Shown here piece by piece: positions 12,023 to 21,299 of a stretch of 64,000 nucleotides of DNA. Position numbers and translations under genes: made by a program. Source of the DNA: a virus (taxonomy: Duplodnaviria > Caudoviricetes). How positions within the stretch are numbered: position 1 is the stretch's first letter; each line of letters starts with the position of its first letter. The stretch spans positions 128,001-192,000 of IMG/VR virus record IMGVR_UViG_3300021255_000083; one strand, given 5' to 3'. The notes below the pieces were generated by a model. The model ran no database searches, was not told the origin of the DNA, and saw only the letters and a program-made list of their open reading frames with translations.

Positions 12023-12784
12023 TTAATTTAATACTGTAAATATATCTTTATTGTTATCTAAAAACTCTCTAACTTGTTGTATTTCTGCATTACCTTCAGC
12101 TAGTAATGTTTGTCCATCAAGTTGATATTTTGCTGAATTAGATGTATATTTACTTCTAATTCTTCCTAATACAACTTTAGTCATACCCAATGCTAATTTT
12201 CTGAGTTGTGTTTCCCAATGTTGTTCTCTAATATCTTCAACTGAATAATATTCAGGTTTAAAATTAATAGTAACATAACTAGGAATATTTGGATTAGCAT
12301 ACACATATAATTTTCTATTTGGTTTATCCCAATAGAATTCCATATCTGTTGCCAATATATTTAAATTACGTTTAATTTGAAGTGCTTGTACATAGTTATC
12401 TAAATTATACATACCAGTTACATTCATTAGGTCTAACGCAGGCATCTGGAATGGTATTCCGGTTAATAAACTATCTTGACCTCTTAATACACTTTCCACA
12501 CTATCTATATTATATTTAGATAAATCTATACATTGTGCATAGGGTACCGTTACAGTATATGTATCTGTCATATAATGTACAATCTCTTCAAAAGCTTGTT
12601 CAACAAGTAATTTTATATCTTCTGGTCTAAGCTCTAACTCTAAAACTTGTGCACCTAATTGACTTTCTATATACTTAACGATTTTTTTCATTTTTTTACC
12701 CATACGTGGGTAATTACGTGGTTTAACTAAATCCTTATCATTAAATTGAGCTTCAAGTTCATCTTTATGCATATAGTCAGCCAT
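12023..12784 (-). CDS. neck / head-tail adaptor protein (T4 gp13-like)
   Basis: LGAQVLELEL, LGRIRSKY, LDGQTLLAEG motifs. Confidence 0.7.
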   Translation of the reverse strand: MADYMHKDELEAQFNDKDLVKPRNYPRMGKKMKKIVKYIESQLGAQVLELELRPEDIKLLVEQAFEEIVHYMTDTYTVTVPYAQCIDLSKYNIDSVESVLRGQDSLLTGIPFQMPALDLMNVTGMYNLDNYVQALQIKRNLNILATDMEFYWDKPNRKLYVYANPNIPSYVTINFKPEYYSVEDIREQHWETQLRKLALGMTKVVLGRIRSKYTSNSAKYQLDGQTLLAEGNAEIQQVREFLDNNKDIFTVLN

Positions 12785-12806
12785 TAATTAACACCTCCGA
12801 TTTAAA

Positions 12807-13325
12807 TTAATTTGTATTTTCTTGATATTCACTATTAGTAATAATATTATTTTCAAATTTAGCTTTATATGTTCCATCACTAGCAGAAAATTCAACAACT
12901 ACCCTAGCATCATTAATATATGCTCTAGCCTCCATACGTCTTTCTTCAGCAAATTCAATTAAATGATAATATACTCGATATGTATCTTCAGGTATTTCCT
13001 CATTTCCTATATCAAATCCTATAGTTCTTTCTTCTCCAGAACCTCTTCCTTCATCTTCAACTGTCACATAAGGTACATTAAAATGTTTTAATGTTGCTTC
13101 AATATAATCTTTTGATGTCATATTAACAATAGTTCCACTAGCATCTTCTAACCCTTCTTGTATTTTAGTATAATATGCCATCTCCTCTGAAGAATTTATT
13201 GCTAAAATAATACTATCTGCTGGAGCTAACTTAATAGGAAAGTTAACTTTAAATAATCTAATTGTTTGTATTTTATCTGTTTTATTTTCTAATGTAAATG
13301 TTCTATCTATTAATTCTTTATTCAT
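12807..13325 (-). CDS. hypothetical virion protein, paralog of 13457-13672
   Basis: shared TL.N...R.F.VNF...L.P.D...SSEE.AYY segment. Confidence 0.6.
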   Translation of the reverse strand: MNKELIDRTFTLENKTDKIQTIRLFKVNFPIKLAPADSIILAINSSEEMAYYTKIQEGLEDASGTIVNMTSKDYIEATLKHFNVPYVTVEDEGRGSGEERTIGFDIGNEEIPEDTYRVYYHLIEFAEERRMEARAYINDARVVVEFSASDGTYKAKFENNIITNSEYQENTN

Positions 13326-13456
13326 AATAATTTTACCTCCATAAATATATTGTGGGTAATACTAAATATTAGTATCTGAGAGGTAGATTATCAGACTTAA
13401 TAAATCAATACTACCCACAAAAATTCACATTAAAGTTATATTTTAATCACTTTAAA

Positions 13457-13672
13457 TTAATCAGCTACTTCTACTGATAAATGTTTATCTTCATCATTTA
13501 AAGCTAAATAGTAAGCAGCTTCTTCACTTGATTGAGCTACTAATGTAACTGTATCTTCTGGTTGTAATACTTCTGTGAAATTAACTCTGAAATATCTGAA
13601 AGAAGTAGCTTCTTCAGTACTTGTATTTGCTAGAGTTAATGTCATAGGTATTCTAGATAAATCTTTCTCCAT
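13457..13672 (-). CDS. small hypothetical virion protein
   Basis: GGAGG RBS; paralog of the 12807-13325 N-terminus. Confidence 0.65.
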   Translation of the reverse strand: MEKDLSRIPMTLTLANTSTEEATSFRYFRVNFTEVLQPEDTVTLVAQSSEEAAYYLALNDEDKHLSVEVAD

Positions 13673-13835
13673 AAGTACATTCCTCCTTTAAATAAATATT
13701 ATTTATATTGGTTTTGAACCCAATATTTGGACCCTCCTATATCTGAATAGATGATATTAATCATCAGCAGAGTTCAAGAGGCTATGTATTAAAATATCTT
13801 CTACCTCAAAGAGTTAAATTACTCTTGATAATATT

Positions 13836-14075
13836 TTACATTAAAAAACTATCTAAACCTTCAAATTTTGGTTTAGCTACTTCTTTTTTAGGTTCTTTAA
13901 CTTTTTCAACCTTTTCTTCAATTACAGGTTCTTCAACCTTTTCTTCAACTGTTTCTTCAATATTTTCTGCTTCTACAGCTGGCTCTATAACTTGTTCAAC
14001 AACAGGTGTATCAACTGTTTCAACATCCTCATTTTTTATATCTTCTACTTCTTCAATTTTTCTTTTTCTTCCCAT
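13836..14075 (-). CDS. small Glu/Lys-rich hypothetical protein
   Basis: RBS and late motif upstream. Confidence 0.6.
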   Translation of the reverse strand: MGRKRKIEEVEDIKNEDVETVDTPVVEQVIEPAVEAENIEETVEEKVEEPVIEEKVEKVKEPKKEVAKPKFEGLDSFLM

Positions 14076-14150
14076 TACAGTAGACCTCCTTAAAAAATAT
14101 TATTTTACTCATTAATATTTTACTAAACATTACTTTAAAAATTTACAAAA

Positions 14151-14180
14151 ATAAAAGAGTATCATAATTTGATACTCTTA
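14151..14180 (-). terminator. intrinsic terminator
   Basis: AGAGTATCA-taatt-TGATACTCT hairpin with A-run on plus side. Confidence 0.6.
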
Positions 14181-14190
14181 ATTTACATAT

Positions 14191-14802
14191 TTAATCCCAT
14201 AAATTATAAAAATATTTATCTAATAATTGCATAGCTTCTTCTTTCATTTTATTCTTGTATAACCATATACGTTCTTCTTCTTTATAATATTTATTTTTTA
14301 AATCCTCATCAACCTCATTAGATATTAATTGATAACCCTCATCAACTTTTTTAGTATGATGTGTAAACCAATTCTTAGCTGATTTACTTTCATCATAATT
14401 TCCCCACAACTGACCAAAATATTCGTCTGCATAAATATTTTCAACTTCTAAAAATTTATCAGCTTGTTGTAAACAATATGCTATACGAGTTAAAATTATA
14501 TACCATTTTGTAAATATATCGTGTGGGTCACAGTCATATCCTAATTTTTCTTGTTTAGCTTTATATTTTTTATATTCAGCTCTTTTCCAATCTTTTGGTA
14601 AATTATCATATTCAGGAAATTCTTCATCAGGTGCACCATTTTTCATATCTCTTAAAGCTAATATCATCATAGGAAATGTAGTACATAACCAACTATCTAA
14701 ACTCCAACAATCCTCGTCAGCAAATCCTCTTTTATATCTTTGTTTTGCCATACGTTTTTTAAATCTGTAATCTTTAAATTTATTAATTAATACTCTAAAC
14801 AT
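14191..14802 (-). CDS. hypothetical phage protein
   Basis: 203-aa ORF, QRYKRGF..DCWSLD...YFYNLWD pattern typical of phage proteins. Confidence 0.7.
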   Translation of the reverse strand: MFRVLINKFKDYRFKKRMAKQRYKRGFADEDCWSLDSWLCTTFPMMILALRDMKNGAPDEEFPEYDNLPKDWKRAEYKKYKAKQEKLGYDCDPHDIFTKWYIILTRIAYCLQQADKFLEVENIYADEYFGQLWGNYDESKSAKNWFTHHTKKVDEGYQLISNEVDEDLKNKYYKEEERIWLYKNKMKEEAMQLLDKYFYNLWD

Positions 14803-15549
14803 TTATTTTACCCCTTTCTGATTATCGTTAAAATCTATAACAGCTTTTAATAGTTGCATATCATATTGATTAGCTATTGCCGGTACATCTTTATTTAAAC
14901 AGTGACTATCCCAGTATGGTGTTTTTTCAAATACAAATGTATGTGATGGATTAACCCTTGGGTCTAGTATAAATAATTCCCTCAGCTCACTATAATTTAA
15001 ATTTAAATCTTTACACACATTATAGAATGATTGACAGAAGCTTACTTTTGTTGCTAAAAATGAATTTTCCATAAATTTAGCTAACTCTGCTAATTCAGGT
15101 TTAACTATTCTAAATGTATGTCTCCCATCGTAACAAGGTAATAATATTTGTATCACTTTATTGCATACTACATCATTACCCCCAAGTATTGTAAAGTCAA
15201 ATTTATAATTATTACAATGTTTTGTGTTACCATAATACTCAGGACTAAATACTATATGCTTTCCAGTTTGATATGATAACTCTCTAACTGTACCTACTGG
15301 GCAAGTAGATTTTATACAGTATATTTTGCAATCATATTCATTTATTGCATTTTTAACCTCTGTAATATCTAATTTACCATCAATTAAAGGTGTATCTACA
15401 CATATAAAACCTAAATCATAAGTTATATGTTGCATAGTAGTTACACCTTCCTTATATTTATCCACTATATCTGGTTGTAAATCACTTAGTTCAGATGCTA
15501 AATTTCTACCAACTATTCCATATCCTATTATTAATACATTATTCTTCAT
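14803..15549 (-). CDS. UDP-glucose/GDP-mannose dehydrogenase family protein
   Basis: GYGIVG Rossmann, CVDTP, KSTCPVG, SPE, AELAKFMENSFLATKVSF, DPRV, HCLNKD. Confidence 0.85.
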   Translation of the reverse strand: MKNNVLIIGYGIVGRNLASELSDLQPDIVDKYKEGVTTMQHITYDLGFICVDTPLIDGKLDITEVKNAINEYDCKIYCIKSTCPVGTVRELSYQTGKHIVFSPEYYGNTKHCNNYKFDFTILGGNDVVCNKVIQILLPCYDGRHTFRIVKPELAELAKFMENSFLATKVSFCQSFYNVCKDLNLNYSELRELFILDPRVNPSHTFVFEKTPYWDSHCLNKDVPAIANQYDMQLLKAVIDFNDNQKGVK

Positions 15550-15599
15550 TTAACTACCTCCTATGTATTATAACCGTATTAATAATATTTTACCTTAAC

Positions 15600-15986
15600 T
15601 TAACACTGTCTAATAATTGCATCTGTATAATGTTCTAATAATTCAGTCATATTTTTACGACCAACCGGATTTGATGTATGTATTCTATACTCAGGACAAT
15701 ATATATGTTTAGCCACTATATATTTACATAAATCATATCCAGTGGGACCATCACCTAAATCGTGGTCCAAACATATTACATCAAATCTAAATCTATGTAA
15801 ATGTGATACTGCTTCATCGTAATCTCTAGCTATTATTATTTCATATTCACCGATATAACTGTTTGGCACACCTCTTAAATCATCTACCCAAAGTAAATAT
15901 TTTTTAGGTTTATGTTTTTCTCTATATTTTTCATACCATTGTACTGCATAGTAATTATCGTAACTAGTCATTATTACCTCCCACAT
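15600..15986 (-). CDS. cyclic-phosphate-processing receiver-like domain protein
   Basis: LWVDDLR, LDHDLG..GYD, HTSNPVG motifs. Confidence 0.75.
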   Translation of the reverse strand: MWEVIMTSYDNYYAVQWYEKYREKHKPKKYLLWVDDLRGVPNSYIGEYEIIIARDYDEAVSHLHRFRFDVICLDHDLGDGPTGYDLCKYIVAKHIYCPEYRIHTSNPVGRKNMTELLEHYTDAIIRQC

Positions 15987-16540
15987 TTATTTATTCTTGC
16001 TAAATCTGCTCGTGTAATTAGCTTTAAATTATCTATAGATACATTAGCAGGGTTACCATCAATAGCATATACTACCATACCTTTTGGTATATCTTGTTGG
16101 TGATAATATTCCCAAATATATCTTCTATACAAATTATTTGGTTTTCTGTTACCGTGCCAATCTATATTTATAAAATATTCATATTCAACTTTACCCTTAG
16201 CCTTACCTTTTGTATGTGTATGTTTTCTTAATGTTACGGTACCTTTTTGGTTTGTGTTGTGAGGTAAATATCTACCCTCAATTTCAGATAATGGTGATTT
16301 ACAATCTTGGTATTGAATATGTGTCTTACTACAATTTTTTCTACCCTCTTCAGAAATCCACTCACTCTGAGGTATACCTTTATTATATGGAACATTACCT
16401 TTTTTAAAAGAAGTTTTTAAAAAATTATCTGATACTGTTTGTCTTTTAAGTTCATTCCAACATTCTTTACTACAAGTTAATCTCTCTGGGTATTCCTTAT
16501 TAGGTGTAAATTGTTTTCCACAAATTATACACTTATTCAT
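15974..16540 (-). CDS. HNH-endonuclease-like protein (catalytic His apparently degenerate)
   Basis: CxxC..CS..C, FKKGNVPYNKG, IPKGMVVYAIDGNPANVSIDNL. Confidence 0.6.
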   Translation of the reverse strand: MNKCIICGKQFTPNKEYPERLTCSKECWNELKRQTVSDNFLKTSFKKGNVPYNKGIPQSEWISEEGRKNCSKTHIQYQDCKSPLSEIEGRYLPHNTNQKGTVTLRKHTHTKGKAKGKVEYEYFINIDWHGNRKPNNLYRRYIWEYYHQQDIPKGMVVYAIDGNPANVSIDNLKLITRADLARINKCGR

Positions 16541-16550
16541 TACATACCTC

Positions 16551-17114
16551 CTATTCTTTTATATCTTTATCTTTACGACTACCGAATTTCCATTCAACAT
16601 TAACATATCCATCATCTACTTTAGCATCTAAACCTGTTATATTAAATTGAATTGCTTCTGATGATTTTAAAAAGTCACTTATCTGCTTATATACTTTAGC
16701 TTGTTTTTTCATTAGGTTTAAATCTTGTATTTGTAAATCACTTGCAACTTCTCCTATTTCATTACCATAAGCTATACACTCATCTTTAGTTGCAAATATA
16801 TAATCTTCATATACATCACATCTTTTAAATGGTCCATCTGATATATGATATTCAATAGCATATGTTTTTATACGTCTATTACTATAATATTTAACTGAAC
16901 CACAGATAATCTCTAATTTTTCTAAATCTTTATTAAATTTTAAAAACCATACTATATCTTTTGGTTTAAATTTCATTTTATTTTTACAATCTTCACATAA
17001 CCAATGATTTATCCAACCACTATAACTTATAAAATTAGAGCTTTCTTTTCCACAGATTATACAAGACATATTTTTATAATTAGATAGTTTTCCCATCTTT
17101 ATTGGGTTTTCCAT
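16551..17114 (-). CDS. hypothetical protein with Zn-ribbon
   Basis: CIIC...CEDC, GGAGG RBS. Confidence 0.65.
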   Translation of the reverse strand: MENPIKMGKLSNYKNMSCIICGKESSNFISYSGWINHWLCEDCKNKMKFKPKDIVWFLKFNKDLEKLEIICGSVKYYSNRRIKTYAIEYHISDGPFKRCDVYEDYIFATKDECIAYGNEIGEVASDLQIQDLNLMKKQAKVYKQISDFLKSSEAIQFNITGLDAKVDDGYVNVEWKFGSRKDKDIKE

Positions 17115-17151
17115 TTTAATTTCCTCCTACTTTATATCTTAAAATAGTTTT

Positions 17152-17243
17152 TGGCGTGGAAGGTGAGATTTGAACTCACGCTTCGATTACTCGAACTAAC
17201 AGTTTAGTAGACTGCCCCCTTAAACCAACTTGGGTACTCCCAC
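17152..17243 (-). tRNA. tRNA-Ser (anticodon ACU, unusual A34)
   Basis: GTGGGAG/CTTCCAC-GCCA, stem GCAGT/ACTGT, loop CT-ACT-AA, long variable arm, G73. Confidence 0.85.
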
Positions 17244-17455
17244 ATATAATAAAAGTGCCCTTAAAAACACCAAACTTTAGGACACAGTAGAGTGGTCATT
17301 GCCTTCACACAACATCTTCTCGTTTCCAGTCACAGTTGTGCATATCTACAAAGTTTTTGATAGGTTGCTCTGGAAATTTAAACAACCTAATTTATTTTAG
17401 ATGAATTCAGGTAAGAATGTTTTAATCACAGGTCGCCTTACTCTCACGCCTGTAA

Positions 17456-17532
17456 TAGTGGTATTTGAGATTTGAACTCCACCTCTGGTACTCAGTATTC
17501 CCAGTATTCTACCAAATTAAACTAACCACCAC
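17456..17532 (-). ncRNA. degenerate tRNA-like element
   Basis: D-arm-like TAGTTTAATTTGGTAGAA, T-loop GAG-TTCAAAT-CTC, 12-nt loop in anticodon arm, no CCA. Confidence 0.45.
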
Positions 17533-17700
17533 ATATAAGTATCAGGGTAGGAATTACACCTACATCAAGCATATTTAACCTAGGACATCTAAATATGCCA
17601 ACATACACCATTGTACATATAGTTTAAGTATGTTTAGAGCTTAAATGGCTCCTCGTTTTTATAGTTATATTTCAACTTTTAAACTACCCTCTATTTTAAA

Positions 17701-17729
17701 TTATAGCATAATATTTAAAATATGTAAAT
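17701..17729 (-). promoter_or_regulatory. SigA-like promoter
   Basis: TTTACA-17-TATAAT with extended TG on minus strand; similar elements near 24090, 25480, 30970, 42510, 61240. Confidence 0.55.
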
Positions 17730-17731
17730 AA

Positions 17732-17925
17732 TTAACCAAATAATTTTTCAAATAAATTTTTAAATGGTCTAAATATAAATTCTAATATTGTGTATAAACA
17801 ATATATAATACTTAGAACAAAGTATACAATTAATACAAATGGAAACTCTATAATCAATAATACTGATATTATACTATAATCAATAATACTGATATTATAC
17901 TATAATAACCAATATTTTTTAGCAT
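17732..17925 (-). pseudogene. 55-aa membrane peptide gene disrupted by a 26-bp tandem duplication
   Basis: GGAGG RBS + ATG 17925; removing one repeat copy gives MLKNIGYYSIISVLLIIEFPFVLIVYFVLSIIYCLYTILEFIFRPFKNLFEKLFG. Confidence 0.6.
17848..17906. repeat. 26-bp tandem duplication
   Basis: CTATAATCAATAATACTGATATTATA x2 plus partial. Confidence 0.9.
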
Positions 17926-18113
17926 ATCCAATTCCTCCACATATTATAATAAATAATGCCCATAATATAACCATTCATCAATTGCCTGTTTATAATTACT
18001 TTTACCATTTAATATATCTGATGATATTTTCTTTAAATCATAGCCACAGCCACCCTCAATACAAATAGCTGATAAAAACATAGCAATAATTTCTAATTTT
18101 TCTTCATTACTCA

Positions 18114-18356
18114 TTATTTTATACCTCTTTGTTTTTTAAGTTGTTTTACTTCTTTTCTATATTTTTTTGAATATTTACTAAGTATAGCTCCAACAATTTC
18201 ACTATTTATTTGTTCTATACCCAAAGGATTTACTACATACCAATCTTCTCCAAGTAAATAATCTTTCAAGAATTGTACTGCTAATTGTGCATCTAATGGT
18301 GGTGGAAACATATTATCTCCTTGCCAATTTTCATCTAACCAATCATTAAATGTCAT
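18114..18356 (-). CDS. hypothetical protein
   Basis: likely start MTFNDW overlapping upstream stop. Confidence 0.6.
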   Translation of the reverse strand: MTFNDWLDENWQGDNMFPPPLDAQLAVQFLKDYLLGEDWYVVNPLGIEQINSEIVGAILSKYSKKYRKEVKQLKKQRGIK

Positions 18357-18561
18357 CTTCTCCATCCTCTCTTTCTCTATTCCAATAATCTTCCCAGTCC
18401 TCTTCGTGATATAAACATTCTTGTTCAAATTCTTCTTGTTCTTCTTGACAATCTTCACAAAATCCGTTTATATTACTTTCGTATTCATCTAATGATATAA
18501 GTTGACCACATCTATTACAAAATGCTTCATTATTCTCTAATTCATCCATACCTAACACCAC
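18346..18561 (-). CDS. small acidic Zn-ribbon protein
   Basis: CNRC...CEDC. Confidence 0.55.
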   Translation of the reverse strand: MVLGMDELENNEAFCNRCGQLISLDEYESNINGFCEDCQEEQEEFEQECLYHEEDWEDYWNREREDGEDDI

Positions 18562-18654
18562 CTATATAAATAAATTGAGAGTTTTTATAATTTTTATTGC
18601 TCGGAGGGGAAACTCAATAAAAACCTACCTCTTATCTGGGAGCGACCCAGCCAC

Positions 18655-18730
18655 TGGTAGTGGGTATAAGACTTGAACTTATCACCTACTGCGTATCAGA
18701 CAGTTGCTCTACCTGATGAGCTAACCCACT
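18655..18730 (-). tRNA. tRNA-Ile(GAU)
   Basis: cloverleaf, loop CT-GAT-AC, encoded CCA. Confidence 0.92.
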
Positions 18731-18736
18731 ATATAT

Positions 18737-18813
18737 TGGTGAAGATGGGCAGGTTCGAACTGCCGACCCCTTGATTAAAAGTCAAGTGCTCTAGCCAACT
18801 GAGCTACATCTCC
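18737..18813 (-). tRNA. tRNA-Lys(UUU)
   Basis: cloverleaf, loop CT-TTT-AA, CCA. Confidence 0.95.
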
Positions 18814-18918
18814 ATATAAAATTATATGCGTGGTTAAAGGTTTTGAGTGATACCACGCATATACTGTCAGGAATGACTATTCTTGACAAATGGGATTATT
18901 ATCGTGTCGTGATGACAC

Positions 18919-18994
18919 TGGTGGCTTGAGATAGACTTGCACTACCGACACGGAGATTTTCAGTCTCCTGCTCTACTATCTGAGCTATCAAGCC
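18919..18994 (-). tRNA. tRNA-Phe(GAA)
   Basis: cloverleaf, loop CT-GAA-AA, CCA. Confidence 0.92.
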
Positions 18995-19082
18995 ATATCG
19001 TGGTGGTACGGTCGTTGCGTATAAAATTATATTTTTAATATAACTTATATCTACATACCACCACATTGATATAAGTTATATT

Positions 19083-19159
19083 TGGCTGCTAGGGTGTGCC
19101 TCGAACACACAAACTCTAGTGTCAAAGACTAGTGGCTTTACCTCTTTGCCTACCTAGCA
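19083..19159 (-). tRNA. tRNA-Gln(UUG)
   Basis: U1-A72, loop CT-TTG-AC, CCA. Confidence 0.9.
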
Positions 19160-19669
19160 ATATGTAATATAATTAACAATATAACTAATAGTAGATTTTG
19201 ATACACCAAATTTTCTCGCTAATGCTCTACAACCATATAATTTATCTTTAGGAATATAATTAGTTCTAATATAATTTATATCAGTTTCAGACAATTTGGA
19301 ATTACAATTATTATAACCCTTATCATTTGGTTTTAAGTTGGTTTTTATAGAATGTTGTATATTATCAAAAGCTGTCACCCATTCAAGATTTTCAACATTA
19401 TTATTTAATTTATTTCCGTCAATATGATTTACTTGTGGTAAATTTTTTAAATTTGGAATAAAAGCATTTGCTACAAGCCTATGAACAGAAAAACTCTTTT
19501 TAATATTATTTTTACTTAATGTAACAGTACTATATCCACGATTTCCCACACGTATTTTTAAATTTTTTGGGTATATACGAGTACCTTTTCGAGGTAGAGA
19601 TTTAACATTACCAAGATTACTCACTTGATATAACCCTTCGTATTGTGTAATATCTTTCCAAATCTCCAT
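19154..19669 (-). CDS. NUMOD4-HNH homing endonuclease
   Basis: EIWKDI.YEGLYQVSNLG, VHRLVA.AF, VNHIDGNKLNN.VENLEW, C-terminal HTH. Confidence 0.9.
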   Translation of the reverse strand: MEIWKDITQYEGLYQVSNLGNVKSLPRKGTRIYPKNLKIRVGNRGYSTVTLSKNNIKKSFSVHRLVANAFIPNLKNLPQVNHIDGNKLNNNVENLEWVTAFDNIQHSIKTNLKPNDKGYNNCNSKLSETDINYIRTNYIPKDKLYGCRALARKFGVSKSTISYIVNYITYC

Positions 19670-19678
19670 TTTATCTCC

Positions 19679-19891
19679 TTAATTAGTTCCTATTAATTTA
19701 CGTATAAATTTCCACTCTTTATATTCAGCCTCTGTCATTTCTCTACCATATACAATACCACTAGTTATTCTATAATGAGTATGACATTTATTACATTCTA
19801 TACATTCACCATTTTTATTATATTGTAACCAGTCAAATTCTTGTTTAAAATCACAGGCAGGACATTGACATAACATTTTATCTGTATCCAT
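19679..19891 (-). CDS. small Zn-ribbon protein
   Basis: CPAC...CNKC, GGAGG RBS. Confidence 0.6.
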   Translation of the reverse strand: MDTDKMLCQCPACDFKQEFDWLQYNKNGECIECNKCHTHYRITSGIVYGREMTEAEYKEWKFIRKLIGTN

Positions 19892-19990
19892 TTAAATTAC
19901 CTCCATCACAAAATTCTATATAATTTTACCTATATTTATCACAAAATTCTAAATACTTTTACCCTATTTTTTCACATTTTTCTAAAAATA

Positions 19991-20065
19991 TGGGGTGGAC
20001 GGTGAGTTACGCTCTCACTCTTGCAGTGCCACAAACTGCCGTGCTACTATTATCACTACGCCCAC
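19991..20065 (-). tRNA. tRNA-His(GUG)
   Basis: loop TT-GTG-GC, C73, CCA. Confidence 0.88.
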
Positions 20066-20098
20066 ACTAAAACTTGTATAGCTTTAGTCTAGGTGTAG

Positions 20099-20341
20099 TT
20101 ACCTAGATTTTTCCATATTATATTTTATTTTATAAGATTTTATGTCTTTACCTTTTAGATTTATTAATTTATCCAAATCATCCCTTAATGCTCTAGCATC
20201 CTCGATTGTCATATGTTTATGTGAAAAATTAGTATCCATCATACCTCTTACATTAAAATATATTATATTATCATCAGTACATCTACCCATTTCCCAGCTA
20301 CTTCTAAAATCTAACATTTGTACTCTCCTCAAACTTTTCAT
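20099..20341 (-). CDS. hypothetical protein
   Basis: ORF coupled to upstream gene. Confidence 0.55.
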   Translation of the reverse strand: MKSLRRVQMLDFRSSWEMGRCTDDNIIYFNVRGMMDTNFSHKHMTIEDARALRDDLDKLINLKGKDIKSYKIKYNMEKSR

Positions 20342-20591
20342 CTATTATTTGTTGATAATCAGCTAAATCATCTAATACTTCCTTTATATCATCTGGATTT
20401 GTTGCTAAATCTTTTTTATCTACATAATAACGAATTCCTTTATATTCAACTTCACACCAAGTACCATATAAATTATTATATTCTGGATTTATTATCTCCA
20501 CTATATCTCCTTTTGGTATATTTGGATAACCTTGTGCTAATTGTGTTTTCCAATCTTGGTCACATAATGATTTTAGTGCTACTGCTTGCAT
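20304..20591 (-). CDS. hypothetical SH3-like protein
   Basis: GGAGG RBS; IPKGDIVEII...GTWCEVEYKG..YYV. Confidence 0.6.
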   Translation of the reverse strand: MQAVALKSLCDQDWKTQLAQGYPNIPKGDIVEIINPEYNNLYGTWCEVEYKGIRYYVDKKDLATNPDDIKEVLDDLADYQQIIDEKFEESTNVRF

Positions 20592-20609
20592 TACTTACCT
20601 CCATATATA

Positions 20610-20898
20610 TGATGTCTAACGCTACCCTACACCTATTACAGTGCAGGGTCACTAACGAGGGTTAGTCCCCGATGGTCTATTTAGTGAGCTTCTTGTGTTT
20701 TCCCCATCATTCCAACAAAGTCACGGTGCTCAATCTCGCCTTATGAAATATCCCACTTTCACATAAGAGAGGTCTCAAACGGTGGTACCTCATACTGGTC
20801 GGAGGGGATTATATCTGTGTCAAATATTACTCTATTGTTCGATATAATACTTTCAGGTTAGCTACACCTTATGTTATTATATTATAACAGAACCTCCG
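20610..20898 (-). ncRNA. candidate structured non-coding RNA downstream of tRNA-Trp
   Basis: GC-richer spacer without a credible ORF, several hairpins. Confidence 0.35.
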
Positions 20899-20972
20899 TG
20901 GCAGGAGTGGAAAGAATTGAACTCTCATCAACGAGTTTGGAGCTCGGTATGCTACCATTACACCACACTCCT
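20899..20972 (-). tRNA. tRNA-Trp(CCA)
   Basis: loop CT-CCA-AA, CCA end. Confidence 0.9.
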
Positions 20973-21207
20973 ATATCTATAAAATATATACGGAAAAATC
21001 TAAATGTGCTGTGAAAATATTGAGTTATTGTCCGCCTCAATATTAGCATAAAGACTTAACCGTTCTACTCCAAATACGGCAATTTTAAAAATACCGACAC
21101 AAACGACTTCCGATTTCTACATACGCTAATCGTCTTTAAATCATATATCATAACTAATTGTTTCTAATCACAGCTTTAGCATCAGTTAGTCTGTATTTAT
21201 ATGATTT

Positions 21208-21293
21208 TGGTGGGTAGTCTTGGATTTGAACCAAGGAACCCGTTAGAGACTGGTTTTACAGACCAGCGGTTTTAACCACTCACCCAACTACCC
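21208..21293 (-). tRNA. tRNA-Tyr(GUA)
   Basis: loop CT-GTA-AA, long variable arm, CCA. Confidence 0.92.
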
Positions 21294-21299
21294 ATATTA

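Noticed and set aside
17152-17243. Amber suppressor tRNA (CUA)
   Set aside because: Stem pairing places ACU, not CUA, at positions 34-36.
17848-17906. CRISPR array
   Set aside because: Repeats are adjacent with no spacers; no array or cas gene seen in the window.
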